From Patescibacteria group bacterium (GTDB taxonomy: Bacteria > Patescibacteriota > Patescibacteriia > UBA9934): 64,000 bases of DNA. The stretch is taken from assembly GCA_049296775.1 (NCBI GenBank), contig JBAQTB010000001.1:96992-160991 (forward strand). The letters run 5' to 3'. The notes beneath the pieces are model-generated. The model ran no database searches. It saw only the letters and a program-made list of their open reading frames with translations, and had not been told where the DNA came from. The translations under genes were made by a program, and so were the position numbers. Each line of letters starts with the position of its first letter. The first letter of the stretch is position 1. Of the stretch, positions 1-9,443 are shown in pieces.

Positions 1-687
1 GGTGTTCATGTTGAACGTGATCATCAATTCATCATTGCACAGCGGCAAAGTCGAATTAAAGCCCTGTTCCGTTTGGTAAAAACCGCGCTTAGAGTAAATT
101 AACTTGGTACCGAAAATTGATTCGATATTTTCGGTGCGTTTGTCTAACTCCTCTTTGGTTTTAGCGTAAATAGTTACGTAAAAAGTGAACTGGAAAAAAT
201 GCTCAATCCCTTGAGTCAGGTCATCACGCAGTTGCTCAACGTCACGCAAGGCCGTTTCTCGGATTGGGTCTCTAGGCTTGCCAGTTTCATTATCTGAGAC
301 AATTTGTGCCTCCAGCACACCCACTTTGTCACGTAATTGTTTCAAAATGACCTCAGCTTTAATAGGGTAAAAAAACATGCCCACGTCAATGGTGCCTTTG
401 TAATTGATGATCGGCGACCCCCAACCAATTCCCACGTATCTGGGGTAAGTAGTCACGAATAACGTTCTCACAAAAACATCGCCCAACATGAGGTGCGTAG
501 GCTGAACTTCAAAAGCGGCCGGGGCGATCAAATCCCGCACTGACACCGTTCCCCGACGATAAATTCGCTCCTCTTCTAAGGTAGTTTTTTCCTCAAGAGC
601 CTTCAGCTCTTTATCGGTTAACGGTTTGTCCTGCTTAACCGCGCCCTGCGACTGTTGGCGCTTGAGTTGTTCTAGATCAAAGGCCAT
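1..687 (-). CDS. virB4: Type IV secretion ATPase VirB4/TrbE/CagE family, downstream portion. It starts at ATG 687 and continues past the window start.
   Basis: Translation MAFDLEQLK...RDLIAPAAFEVQPTHLMLGDVFVRTLFVTTYPRYVGIGWGSPIINYKGTIDVGMFFYPI matches the conserved VirB4/CagE_TrbE N-domain block (rdliAP..gd.y.rTlfv.gyPr.v..gwl). It is the same family as the ORF immediately upstream on the same strand. Confidence 0.7.
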   Translation of the reverse strand, partial: MAFDLEQLKRQQSQGAVKQDKPLTDKELKALEEKTTLEEERIYRRGTVSVRDLIAPAAFEVQPTHLMLGDVFVRTLFVTTYPRYVGIGWGSPIINYKGTIDVGMFFYPIKAEVILKQLRDKVGVLEAQIVSDNETGKPRDPIRETALRDVEQLRDDLTQGIEHFFQFTFYVTIYAKTKEELDKRTENIESIFGTKLIYSKRGFYQTEQGFNSTLPLCNDELMITFNMNT

Positions 688-692
688 AAGGC

Positions 693-1391
693 TTAAAATT
701 TGGTTTCTACCTGTAACTTATTCAAATCAACCAACTTTTGAGTGTCCAAAATCTGCGGGTTATAACAGGTGTAATACAACTCAATTAAGCTCTGAGTATC
801 TAGCACCGCCGTCTGCAAACCCATACTCTGTAAGCCACCAGCCACGTTTGCGACCCGTTGAATCAAGCTGTCACGTCTGTCCTTAAACTGCTTAGTATTC
901 AGCTTCAAAAGTCTGGCCGGAGAAAACGCCGACTGCAGTCTGGTCAGGAAACTCTTACGTTTCTCATTGGTTTCACTAGGGTCATACGGCACGACCACAA
1001 AGAATTGCTTCTGCATGATCTCACCCAGCTCCACTAGTTCAGACACAAAAGACATGTAATCGCGAATCTGAGTTTTGAGTAACTCATTCGCAATCGTGTC
1101 TTCTTGTTGCTTCAGCTGCGCCATGTAACCGTCAATATTCATTTTTCTAGACTGAATCACCACCTGGATAGGATGCTCCAAACTATTCAAAAATTGCATG
1201 TAGCCCTGCACGGTGGCCTGCTGTTCGTCTTCACTCTTCAAGGCAAAGTTAATACTAGACACCAGCAACACCGCCCGCAAAGTGCCGTCTTTCATGATGA
1301 CTACATCCTCACGGATTTCCGCAATATCCAAATACCGCTGGGTAGGTGGCCCAACTTTAGGCTTAGCGAGTTTGCTCTTTTTATCAGCCAT
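693..1391 (-). CDS. virB4: VirB4-family ATPase, N-terminal fragment of 232 aa, separated from the rest of the gene by a frameshift.
   Basis: The motifs VVIMKDGTLRAVLLVSSINFALKSEDEQ, QVVIQSRKMN and FFVVVPYDP are typical of the N-terminus of Gram-positive VirB4 (TcpF/PrgJ-like). The stop at 693-695 lies 5 nt before the ATG of the next VirB4 piece, in a different frame. Confidence 0.65.
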   Translation of the reverse strand: MADKKSKLAKPKVGPPTQRYLDIAEIREDVVIMKDGTLRAVLLVSSINFALKSEDEQQATVQGYMQFLNSLEHPIQVVIQSRKMNIDGYMAQLKQQEDTIANELLKTQIRDYMSFVSELVELGEIMQKQFFVVVPYDPSETNEKRKSFLTRLQSAFSPARLLKLNTKQFKDRRDSLIQRVANVAGGLQSMGLQTAVLDTQSLIELYYTCYNPQILDTQKLVDLNKLQVETKF

Positions 1392-1394
1392 ACG

Positions 1395-1841
1395 TTACAA
1401 CTGGTTATCATCACCTTCGTAAACACCGCCGGTATTCACCACCATGGACAATTCTGACAGTCTGGACATTTCTAGCGGTTGTTTTACTAGTCTTAGCGGC
1501 GCCGTTTCAACGGCTTCATGTTTCAAGTACACACGTAAGTCAGCGTCACTCAAAGTCTTGTCCCACACCCGTTTACCCGGACGACGCAAAGTCTGCACCA
1601 CACTCACCACCCAATAATGAAACGGCTGGCCATTGACCTTACCAAAGGCAAAGGCGACCCCGAGCGCTAAAGTTGGAATACCCAACACGAGTAAGATGAA
1701 AATATTTAAAAAGATGCTGTAATACATGAACTCCACCAACAGCGTGGCGAGCATGATCAAAAATTGCCTAGCCGTAATCGGGCCAATGATTTTGGCCTCA
1801 ACGTCTAGAAATTGTGGGACCACAAATTGATTCCGCGGCAT
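1395..1841 (-). CDS. PrgI/VirB3-like small T4SS membrane protein
   Basis: 148 aa. The N-terminus VVPQFLDVEAKIIGPITARQFLIM is followed by two hydrophobic helices (PrgI-family pattern ...pk.ld.e.ki.g.lt.rQ). It sits immediately upstream of VirB4, as in Gram-positive T4SS loci. Confidence 0.55.
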   Translation of the reverse strand: MPRNQFVVPQFLDVEAKIIGPITARQFLIMLATLLVEFMYYSIFLNIFILLVLGIPTLALGVAFAFGKVNGQPFHYWVVSVVQTLRRPGKRVWDKTLSDADLRVYLKHEAVETAPLRLVKQPLEMSRLSELSMVVNTGGVYEGDDNQL

Positions 1842-1871
1842 GCCCTCAGTATAGCACGATCCGGATCACGT

Positions 1872-3611
1872 CTAGAACCTAATCTTAGCGTTTAGTAAGG
1901 CCAAGGCCTTGATCTCAGCCGGGCTCAAACTATCCTGTCCGGCCGCCCGACGCCGGCTACTCTCTTCTGGCAAAGTTAAACCTTGAGACAACGCTTCAGC
2001 CGTGATTTGTAAATACAATTGATTCATGGGACTGTTTCTCCAAGCCAACACACCCTTCAAACGCTCCTCATAAGACGTAGCCTCCAAAGCTGACAACAAA
2101 TCTTCGATCTTTTGACCAGCTTCACCCGCGTTACTAGACAACCGCCTAAATTCAGCAGGCGTTAAGCGTCCCAGCTGCTCAATTGGCCCCGCCAACCTAG
2201 CAGAACTCACCACGTCCACCATCTTCTTCTGACCACTGCCAGACATTAAATTTGTACTCCCCACGGTTAATTCCGTGTGAGTGGGTTTAACCTGTAAATC
2301 GGCCTCAGAAGTTGTTAACTTATCAAACCTGGCATCCAACGCCTGACCCTCTTGATCTGAATTCGAGCCGCCTTTTTTAGTAGCTTTAGTCTCAGACACT
2401 ACTACCGGAGAATTTTGATACACGTCCACCCCGGCCGTGATCGCTGCCATTAAGGCCGCTAAATCCCCACCCTTCAGACCCCAGTCCCGTTCTGCGATAT
2501 CCCGAGTCTGATAAATATCCCGCAAACCACGAATAGCTTTGCTAGCCAAATCAGCAAAGACCTTTTCTGAGATTTTAGCCTTCTTCAGCACATCTGCCGC
2601 CTGTTCAGTGGCTAACACTAGAGCCGCGGCGAAACTATCTTCAGAGCTAGCCGTCAGCTTCTTAGCGCTCGCAGCCCGCTTAGCCGAAACTTTCAACTCA
2701 GCGTGATCCATGTCTAGCTCTGACTTCTTGCTCGGAGTCACTGGAGCAGTCGCGACCACAGGCTTAACCGGTGGCGCAACAGCAGCCCCGGTAACCGGAG
2801 GCACCATGGGTGCGAGCACATTGATTGGCCGCTTAGGTAACGGTGGCGGGACACGTTTAGTATTAATCACCGGCACTTCAGCCGCCACCTCATGACTAGT
2901 CGCCACCACTAACTCCTGTTTCGCCATCTCAACCACCGGCTTTACGACCACCGGCTTCTCACCCTCCGCTTTGGCCACAACTGGCTCAGGTACTGTTGCG
3001 ACTTTTGCACCGTGTACAGTAGCCAAATCTGTCAGTTCCGCCGCTAAAGCCGCGTATAAAGATTCTGCCACGTCTTGCTTGAGTCCCAAACCGCCAATAT
3101 TCAGTGAACGAGTGAAATAGACCTTCAGCGAGTCTAAAGTTTTCTCGCCGTCCGAATATTGCTTCAGTAAGAAAGCTAAACGTTTCAAAAGTACATCAGA
3201 TAGATCAAGACCAAGGGCAGTAACAACCTCATCAATCTTTAAACGCTCTACCGTGTCATCCGTGGCAACACGAATATTTGGAAAGTCTGACACTTTACCA
3301 CCAAAAGTCACTAAAGCTTCTTCTACTCCAGGAATTATATTGGCGAGTGGCAAGAGTCTGTAACCAATCACTTCAAGCGCAATTTTATTCGCAACGTCTG
3401 GCTGTACCGCAAAGGCTTCTTCGATCAACCGTGGCATGTGATCAATCGGCAAGTCGCCATTCATGACGGCATCACAAAGATCTAAAAATTCCTCCGAACG
3501 CTCCGGCGGCAAGTTAAATTTCTTACAAATATCTTCCAGAGCATCAAAAATATCCCCGCTCATGAGAAAGGCTTGTACCGATGGAATTTTTAGTAATTGC
3601 GGCAACGACAT
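1872..3611 (-). CDS. Hypothetical T4SS-associated protein with a central Pro/Val/Ala-rich low-complexity linker
   Basis: 579-aa ORF in the same operon. The linker is PVVVKPVVEMAKQELVVATSHEVAAEVPVINTKRVPPPLPKRPINVLAPMVPPVTGAAVAPPVKPVVATAPVTPS. No recognisable catalytic motif. Confidence 0.4.
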   Translation of the reverse strand: MSLPQLLKIPSVQAFLMSGDIFDALEDICKKFNLPPERSEEFLDLCDAVMNGDLPIDHMPRLIEEAFAVQPDVANKIALEVIGYRLLPLANIIPGVEEALVTFGGKVSDFPNIRVATDDTVERLKIDEVVTALGLDLSDVLLKRLAFLLKQYSDGEKTLDSLKVYFTRSLNIGGLGLKQDVAESLYAALAAELTDLATVHGAKVATVPEPVVAKAEGEKPVVVKPVVEMAKQELVVATSHEVAAEVPVINTKRVPPPLPKRPINVLAPMVPPVTGAAVAPPVKPVVATAPVTPSKKSELDMDHAELKVSAKRAASAKKLTASSEDSFAAALVLATEQAADVLKKAKISEKVFADLASKAIRGLRDIYQTRDIAERDWGLKGGDLAALMAAITAGVDVYQNSPVVVSETKATKKGGSNSDQEGQALDARFDKLTTSEADLQVKPTHTELTVGSTNLMSGSGQKKMVDVVSSARLAGPIEQLGRLTPAEFRRLSSNAGEAGQKIEDLLSALEATSYEERLKGVLAWRNSPMNQLYLQITAEALSQGLTLPEESSRRRAAGQDSLSPAEIKALALLNAKIRF

Positions 3612-3632
3612 AGCTCCGAAGCATTCAAACTG

Positions 3633-6245
3633 CTAAGCAATATAACGAGATGCTGCTCGATGAGCCTTCTCTAACGCGGAAACATTAACAGACTTATCAG
3701 TTTCAGCTCGAATATACTGAGCCTGAATAGCCCGACCAACGGTAGCTAAAGTTGCTTTTATATCAGCTAAATCTTGACCAGAAGCAGTTAGAGCTCGCTG
3801 ACCTAACTTGGTAATACCGTCAGCCTGCAAGTTATCAATAATCGTATCAGCGATATCACTTTGTTCTGATGAATCTTGTGGCAAACCTGATTGTAAATGA
3901 CGAATAGACAACGGTTCAGTCTTAACCATCTGCTCAATACGCAAATGCATCTCCGCATTCAACATACCACCATCTGCCGCGTCACTTGGCATTAAACCAA
4001 TTTGCACTGGGTCACTACCACTATCCAATAATGACTTATCGACGTTAGCTCGCTGTACAGTTGAAAGCGCGTTTTTAGGTAGAGAGTTAACCACGCCAAC
4101 AACGGCATCCCTAACTGACGTGGATAACTTAGAGATCGAGTCAGTATCGATAATAGCCTTGGTCACGGAAACGCTGTTAGGTCCCTCGATATCCTCAACC
4201 TTCAGTTTATCTGGCTGCAAATTTCCTGACTCAATATTGGACGCGATTTCCGCAGGGGTATAAGCCCTTTCCACATCGACGACCTCACCCGATTTATTCG
4301 TTACCTGAGGCTTAAGTTTAGCAATGGTTGGACCCTGTGCATCTGGCGAACTATTCCCAATCGCGACACGGCTGCCACGCTTAGCTGCTTCTGCCAAATC
4401 TTTACCGTATGCACCATTCATGAGCTCTTCGTGCGCAGTAACGACCGCACCATCGTCCTTAGTCCTAACAACTCTATCTTTGAGTTGAGCGATGACATCC
4501 TCATCAGCCACAGCCTCTTTAGATAAGTCTCGACCGTTAAATTTATCTGATTGAATATGTTTACGCAGCTCTCCTTTACCCAACGCTTGATCAAGCAAAT
4601 GAGCCTGCTCGGTCTTAAAGGTAGCCACATTCTTTTTAGCATTTTCGTCCAAGTCGCCCTTCTTGGACTCAGAATCCTTCAGAGCAACGATATTTAATCG
4701 ATCATTCTGATTTAAACCATTGGCATCCAGACTAGGTTTGGCCTCAGCCTTGCTCTTATTCTCTTTACGTAAATTCTTATTAGTCGCAACTTCAAGTTGT
4801 AGATTAGCGATATCGTCTCTGGCACTACTTGTAATCGCAAACTTTTTGTCAGCCGCCAGCAAACTTAAGTGAGCTGACTTCTGAGAGTCAGTCATGGCAC
4901 CGAGTCGTTTCTGAGAAGCAACTCTGCCTTCTTTCTGAACGCCTTCAGCACGTTGCTGAACAGCACCTGAAGTATTAATCATTTGTCTACCAATAGCTCC
5001 ACCAACAATTGGGACTCTTTCTGCAACAGTTTGACCGAGTTTTATACCTAAATCTGAAGTTGTCCGAATACCCTCAACTCCAGCACGTTTTGCTGTGTAA
5101 CCGACCTCTGTTCCAGCTCGTTGAACTAAGCCACCACCGGTGTAACGAATGGCGCCGCCGATGAGTTTTTGGCCGAGTTTTTCGTCACCGAGGGCTTTTT
5201 GAGCTAAGCCGCCCATGCTGCTGGCAGTGGCGGCGGACTGCTGCATACCGACCACGAGCAAGGCTAGACCCAAAAAGGTCGATAAGAGTCCGGAAGTTTC
5301 TAAACTAACTAATGTCCCGCTCACGGACGGCTCGCCGGCCTCAAAGCCCTCACTGGCCAAAATATCACCAGAACCGGTGGCCAAAGCTAACCATAAGAAA
5401 AAGGTTAACATGGGACCGATGATCAAGGCCGAGGTGAATTTCTTCCACCAGTCAGAAGTGGCACCGGCCGCAAAAGAGAACATGCCGCCCAGTCCCCAAG
5501 TAAAGAAGGTTAGCGGTGACATAATCACCAAAACCCAGAGCATGATAATGCGCCAAATGTAGACCAAGGCTAACAGTAACAAAACCGCAAAGATACACAC
5601 GTACAAAATGAACAGCAGATACGCCGCTCCGAGCTGCTGAACGGCATCAATGGTAGACGGGGATCCATCTGGATTACGGGCGGCGCTATTAGAATATTGG
5701 CCAAAGTCTGTGATGCCGGTTAAATTCGCAAAGTTACCGGCGGCTACATCTAACAGGGAGTTCACAAACGTGAACATGATCACCTGGCTGAAGTCAATCA
5801 GTAAACCGCAAATAGTCCGGCTAAAATTCACCAAAATCACCGCCAATAAAAACTGCGGTAAGTTTTTCTGCCAATTAACCTTTTCATAACCAATAATCGT
5901 CGCCATGGCGATCACCAGCAACACCAAAACTACGAACATATTGACCACATCTCTCACCAGGGCCCAGCCCATACCAATCGTGGGGCTAGAGGAAAAATTG
6001 TTGTATTGCAAAATCGGCACTACTAGCATCTCAATCAGCGACAACGCCGTCGTGCCGATAAAGCTAGTAATTGAGATCATCAAATTGGCCAGGACTAGAA
6101 CCAGATACGCAAAGCCAGTGTCTACCAAACCCAGGTCAACCTGTGCGAGTGCAAAATGTCCAGGAGTAGCGAGCGCCAACAGCGCCACAGCAAAAACTGA
6201 AGCAAAGATGAACTTGTGCCGTTTCAAAAACGCAAAGACACGCAT
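3633..6245 (-). CDS. VirB6/TrbL-like polytopic membrane protein with an approximately 500-aa hydrophilic C-terminal extension. The ATG at 6245 is preferred over the upstream TTG at 6272.
   Basis: The N-terminus MRVFAFLKRHKFIFASVFAVALLALATPGHFALAQ looks like a signal peptide or first TM, followed by about 8 hydrophobic helices over 350 aa and then a K/E/D-rich tail. Position in the operon is between the peptidase and PrgI/VirB4. A TTATAAT -10 lies 13 nt upstream of the ATG. Confidence 0.5.
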   Translation of the reverse strand: MRVFAFLKRHKFIFASVFAVALLALATPGHFALAQVDLGLVDTGFAYLVLVLANLMISITSFIGTTALSLIEMLVVPILQYNNFSSSPTIGMGWALVRDVVNMFVVLVLLVIAMATIIGYEKVNWQKNLPQFLLAVILVNFSRTICGLLIDFSQVIMFTFVNSLLDVAAGNFANLTGITDFGQYSNSAARNPDGSPSTIDAVQQLGAAYLLFILYVCIFAVLLLLALVYIWRIIMLWVLVIMSPLTFFTWGLGGMFSFAAGATSDWWKKFTSALIIGPMLTFFLWLALATGSGDILASEGFEAGEPSVSGTLVSLETSGLLSTFLGLALLVVGMQQSAATASSMGGLAQKALGDEKLGQKLIGGAIRYTGGGLVQRAGTEVGYTAKRAGVEGIRTTSDLGIKLGQTVAERVPIVGGAIGRQMINTSGAVQQRAEGVQKEGRVASQKRLGAMTDSQKSAHLSLLAADKKFAITSSARDDIANLQLEVATNKNLRKENKSKAEAKPSLDANGLNQNDRLNIVALKDSESKKGDLDENAKKNVATFKTEQAHLLDQALGKGELRKHIQSDKFNGRDLSKEAVADEDVIAQLKDRVVRTKDDGAVVTAHEELMNGAYGKDLAEAAKRGSRVAIGNSSPDAQGPTIAKLKPQVTNKSGEVVDVERAYTPAEIASNIESGNLQPDKLKVEDIEGPNSVSVTKAIIDTDSISKLSTSVRDAVVGVVNSLPKNALSTVQRANVDKSLLDSGSDPVQIGLMPSDAADGGMLNAEMHLRIEQMVKTEPLSIRHLQSGLPQDSSEQSDIADTIIDNLQADGITKLGQRALTASGQDLADIKATLATVGRAIQAQYIRAETDKSVNVSALEKAHRAASRYIA

Positions 6246-6270
6246 AATTAAACTGATTATAACACGCGCC

Positions 6271-6308
6271 AAAAGAAAAAATGGAGACCAGGTTGTGACC
6301 CGGTCTCC
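6271..6308 (-). terminator. Rho-independent terminator downstream of the M23 peptidase gene
   Basis: On the minus strand, the stem GGAGACC/GGTCTCC (plus 6283-6289 / 6302-6308) with a 12-nt loop is followed by ATTTTTCTTTT. Confidence 0.55.
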
Positions 6309-6334
6309 ACGAGTAAGCGGAGTGGCGTTTTTGC

Positions 6335-8053
6335 TTACGGCACTACGATTTTCAGGCCACAGCCTGGGCTGAGCGGATCTTCCACCGTGGTGTAGCCCAA
6401 GTAGTCGCCTTGGTAAGTAGCTATGAGTGACCCTCTGACCTGTCCGGGCGGATACGGCGCCAGACAGGACCAGCTGTGCAGGCCATCATCCAGCACCTCA
6501 GCGCTGAAGCGGAAGCTGTCGCCCGGCACCAAGTCCGTCACCGTCACGGTGACAGAGTTGATGTTCTGGACTTCATTGAAGACACTCCCCCAGGCGCCTT
6601 CTGGCTGCCCCAAGCGAGTAGTCGCGCCGCGCAACGTGATAGCATCCACTGTTTCGTCGTCAGGTGTGAACCAGGTCAAAACCAGGTCATCACCTTCTGC
6701 AATGTCCGCGTTGATGCCCCCGCCACCCAGCACCTCTTGCGGGCCCCCGCAAGTAATGAGGTCGGTCCGGGTCAAGCACATGGTATCGGTGACGCACGTG
6801 CCACGCATTGTCGCCACGGCCATGAGCTCTTCGGCACGCATCTCAATGACCTCGCGGTCTTCCCAACCAGCCAACAGGAACGCTTCCCAGGTCTGAACGG
6901 GTTGAGCCACGCCGTCACTCATGACGTACACCGCGCTGTCCTCAACCGCCGAGATCAAGCTGCCGTCTCGGAAAGTCGCAGCACCAGCATAATCATAAGC
7001 CTGCACCAAGCCGGATTCTTCCGGTTCGTGATACAGATCGTTGTAAGTTGCAGCCGTGATGCCCCAGCTCTTCAAGACCGCCTGCCAGCCAGAGTCTGGC
7101 ACCAGCAAACGGTAGCGGTCGGGATCGGTCAGCTCCCCCACCAGCAGCCACACGGCTTGGTTGGGAAAGGCACCGAACACGGCCGTGATTTCAGTGGCGG
7201 CGCTCAAGCCAGCGTTCTGGCCGTAGCACACGCGTTCACTGTCTGAGATCAGCACCACATCGCTGAAGCTGTAGTTGCGACTGGTAAACGCTTCTTCCGT
7301 CAGGAATGGCGTGTACTGGTCGTTCTCAACCAGGTAAATCGTGGAATTACCTGGTACCTGCACCAAGCTGCCGTTCGGGTGCCACAGCGGTGTCTCCAGC
7401 AAGGAGCTGTACATTTGACCGCCGGGCAAGGCGCACCACATGTCGCTCGTCATGAGCTGCACGTGATCGCCTGGGCTGTTTTCCATGTCCAGGATCAGGC
7501 CGTCGACAGACTGCCCGTTCACGCCATCGAGCGAAGCATCACCCTGATGCCGGCCGTAGTGCACGTGATCTCCGGACGAGTAGCCTGTAGTACCCTCAAA
7601 GCCGAGCAATTGGCCAGCCGCAACCTCGCTCAAGTTGTCGATGAAGACGGTCTCCATATGACCCAAGATGAGGTAAGTACCGTCACCTTGATCAATGTTG
7701 ATATGCACGCCAAAGCCGCCCGTGCGGTCGTCGTCGTGGACGTAGGCCAAGCCGCCCACTGGTGCGAAGAGTGGCACGTCCACAGTGTTGGAAGTGTCGA
7801 GGTCGACATCGAACATAGTGCTCCGTGCGTTGTGCGAGGTGGTTCCACGTGCGCCCTGGGTACACACACCCGGATACCCGTAAGCGAAGGGCAAGTCCGC
7901 CATAATGGCATCCGTCCCGCCGCCGGTGAATTCTGGGATCTCAGCAACCGGCATTGGCCCCGAATGATACAGACACTCCGGTCCGCAGCAACCGCTGGCC
8001 AAATGCGCACACCACAACATCATCGCTACCAACAAACCGTTCAAATATCGCAT
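6335..8053 (-). CDS. Secreted M23/LytM-family metallopeptidase, a peptidoglycan hydrolase, in a GC-rich gene
   Basis: N-terminal signal peptide MRYLNGLLVAMMLWCAHLASG. M23 motifs HINIDQGDG...GHMETV and GFEGTTGYSSGDHVHYGRHQGD (G.TG.S.G.H.H). About 58-60% GC versus about 45% for the flanking T4SS genes. Confidence 0.7.
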   Translation of the reverse strand: MRYLNGLLVAMMLWCAHLASGCCGPECLYHSGPMPVAEIPEFTGGGTDAIMADLPFAYGYPGVCTQGARGTTSHNARSTMFDVDLDTSNTVDVPLFAPVGGLAYVHDDDRTGGFGVHINIDQGDGTYLILGHMETVFIDNLSEVAAGQLLGFEGTTGYSSGDHVHYGRHQGDASLDGVNGQSVDGLILDMENSPGDHVQLMTSDMWCALPGGQMYSSLLETPLWHPNGSLVQVPGNSTIYLVENDQYTPFLTEEAFTSRNYSFSDVVLISDSERVCYGQNAGLSAATEITAVFGAFPNQAVWLLVGELTDPDRYRLLVPDSGWQAVLKSWGITAATYNDLYHEPEESGLVQAYDYAGAATFRDGSLISAVEDSAVYVMSDGVAQPVQTWEAFLLAGWEDREVIEMRAEELMAVATMRGTCVTDTMCLTRTDLITCGGPQEVLGGGGINADIAEGDDLVLTWFTPDDETVDAITLRGATTRLGQPEGAWGSVFNEVQNINSVTVTVTDLVPGDSFRFSAEVLDDGLHSWSCLAPYPPGQVRGSLIATYQGDYLGYTTVEDPLSPGCGLKIVVP

Positions 8054-8665
8054 GTCTACTCCTCTAGGAAGGTTATCGGAATGATCAATCTTCCCTGCTC
8101 AAGGGGGAATGCAACTGGCTCAAGCAGAGAGGATCGAGGCGAGCTCAGAATGTTCGACTCCCCAGCCAAACATTCTGAGCGTCTGTAACGGTGAGTGAAG
8201 TGACCAAGAAATCGTTTGCTTGCAGGCGCTCTCTAACAAGAGAGTTCAGCTATGCAGGCTCACGAACTTCGCAGTTATCTACCCACTCACATGACTCGGT
8301 GGCCACCGATGAACACTGAAGTTCTGCTCCTATAACACCTTGATTTGCCCAAGGCCTCAAGCCGAAAAGCGGCCTAAACACCAAAAAGCCGTCGGCATAA
8401 ACCGACATAATTGAATAAACTCAGTTTTATGGCCATTATTCGCTAAGTTCTAGCTGTCGGCGTTTTCCGGCTGACCTACGTGGACAAAAGCCCGTTGGTT
8501 TGACTTTTAGCCAAAAATATGCTACTCTCCAAATATATCGGAGAGGAGACCGATTGTAGTTTCACAATCTTTTTAAGCACGCCTTTGCGTGCTTTAGTTC
8601 TCACTGTCAGATTTTCTGGCAGTCCACGTCACAAACATACGGCCAAGTGGCCGTGAGGAGTCATC

Positions 8666-9376
8666 ATGTTCAAGACCTTCCGGGCCCTCGCGGCCCTCGC
8701 CCTGATTGCCTGCACCGGAAACGGCGTCGGCAACGACGATACCAGCACCGACAGCGGCACCGGCACGGTCACCACGGCCGAAACCGGCAAGCTGCTGATC
8801 CACGCCACCTACAACGGCGGCGCGGAGGAATGCCAGGCCAACTTGCCAAACGGCGAGTTCCTGGGAGACACGGAGACCGAGATCGAAGGGCTCAAGCCCG
8901 GCGATCTCCAATTCACTCTCGGCGACCCCGACAAGCGAAGCCTGTCTGGCGAGCCATTCCACATCGCCAACAACGGCGACTACGTGACCGGTAGCGGCAA
9001 CGCCACCGTCACGATCGGCAAAACGGTCGAGGCGAGCGTCGAAATGACGCTGTACCCGCAGCACCACTGCGTGTCGTACGAGTGTGGCTACCCGTACGCT
9101 GGCCAGGCAGCCTGCAGCGACACGGTGTCATACGCTCACGACGTCTGGATCTCCATCGATGCAGAAGGAAAATTCCAGAATTCAAACGGGGACAGCACCT
9201 ACGGCAGTGTCGGTGGCATCACGCCAGAACTCGACATCGACGAATTTGCAGTGTCCGTACTGGACGGCGACAGCGAAATCGTCGAAGCTAGCTTCAGCCA
9301 AGACACACTCGCCTTCGAGTTCGTGCTCATCGCCCATGCCTTTCAGGCTTCAGCCTTCACAAAGTGTGAGCTGTAG
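8666..9376 (+). CDS. Lipoprotein, hypothetical, GC-rich
   Basis: Signal peptide with lipobox ALIAC|TGNG. Very GC-rich codon usage (GCC/GGC/ACC). Followed by a terminator. Confidence 0.6.
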   Translation: MFKTFRALAALALIACTGNGVGNDDTSTDSGTGTVTTAETGKLLIHATYNGGAEECQANLPNGEFLGDTETEIEGLKPGDLQFTLGDPDKRSLSGEPFHIANNGDYVTGSGNATVTIGKTVEASVEMTLYPQHHCVSYECGYPYAGQAACSDTVSYAHDVWISIDAEGKFQNSNGDSTYGSVGGITPELDIDEFAVSVLDGDSEIVEASFSQDTLAFEFVLIAHAFQASAFTKCEL

Positions 9377-9406
9377 CGCTGGCCTACAAACCGCTAGCGG
9401 TTTCAC

Positions 9407-9443
9407 GCCCCTCGTCGCCACACCAGGCACGAGGGGCTTTTTA
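9407..9443 (+). terminator. Rho-independent terminator after the lipoprotein gene
   Basis: Stem GCCCCTCGT / ACGAGGGGC followed by TTTTT. Confidence 0.6.

Noticed and set aside
7379-8188. 269-aa plus-strand ORF and other long ORFs overlapping the M23 gene (6476..7246 and 7630..8010)
   Set aside because: GC-rich sequence generates long spurious ORFs in all frames. Only the minus-strand frame has a signal peptide plus M23 motifs.
8594-9067. 157-aa minus-strand ORF and 8647..8994 plus-strand ORF overlapping the lipoprotein gene
   Set aside because: They are Arg/Gly-rich translations typical of wrong-frame GC-rich DNA. The lipoprotein frame has a lipobox and a terminator.
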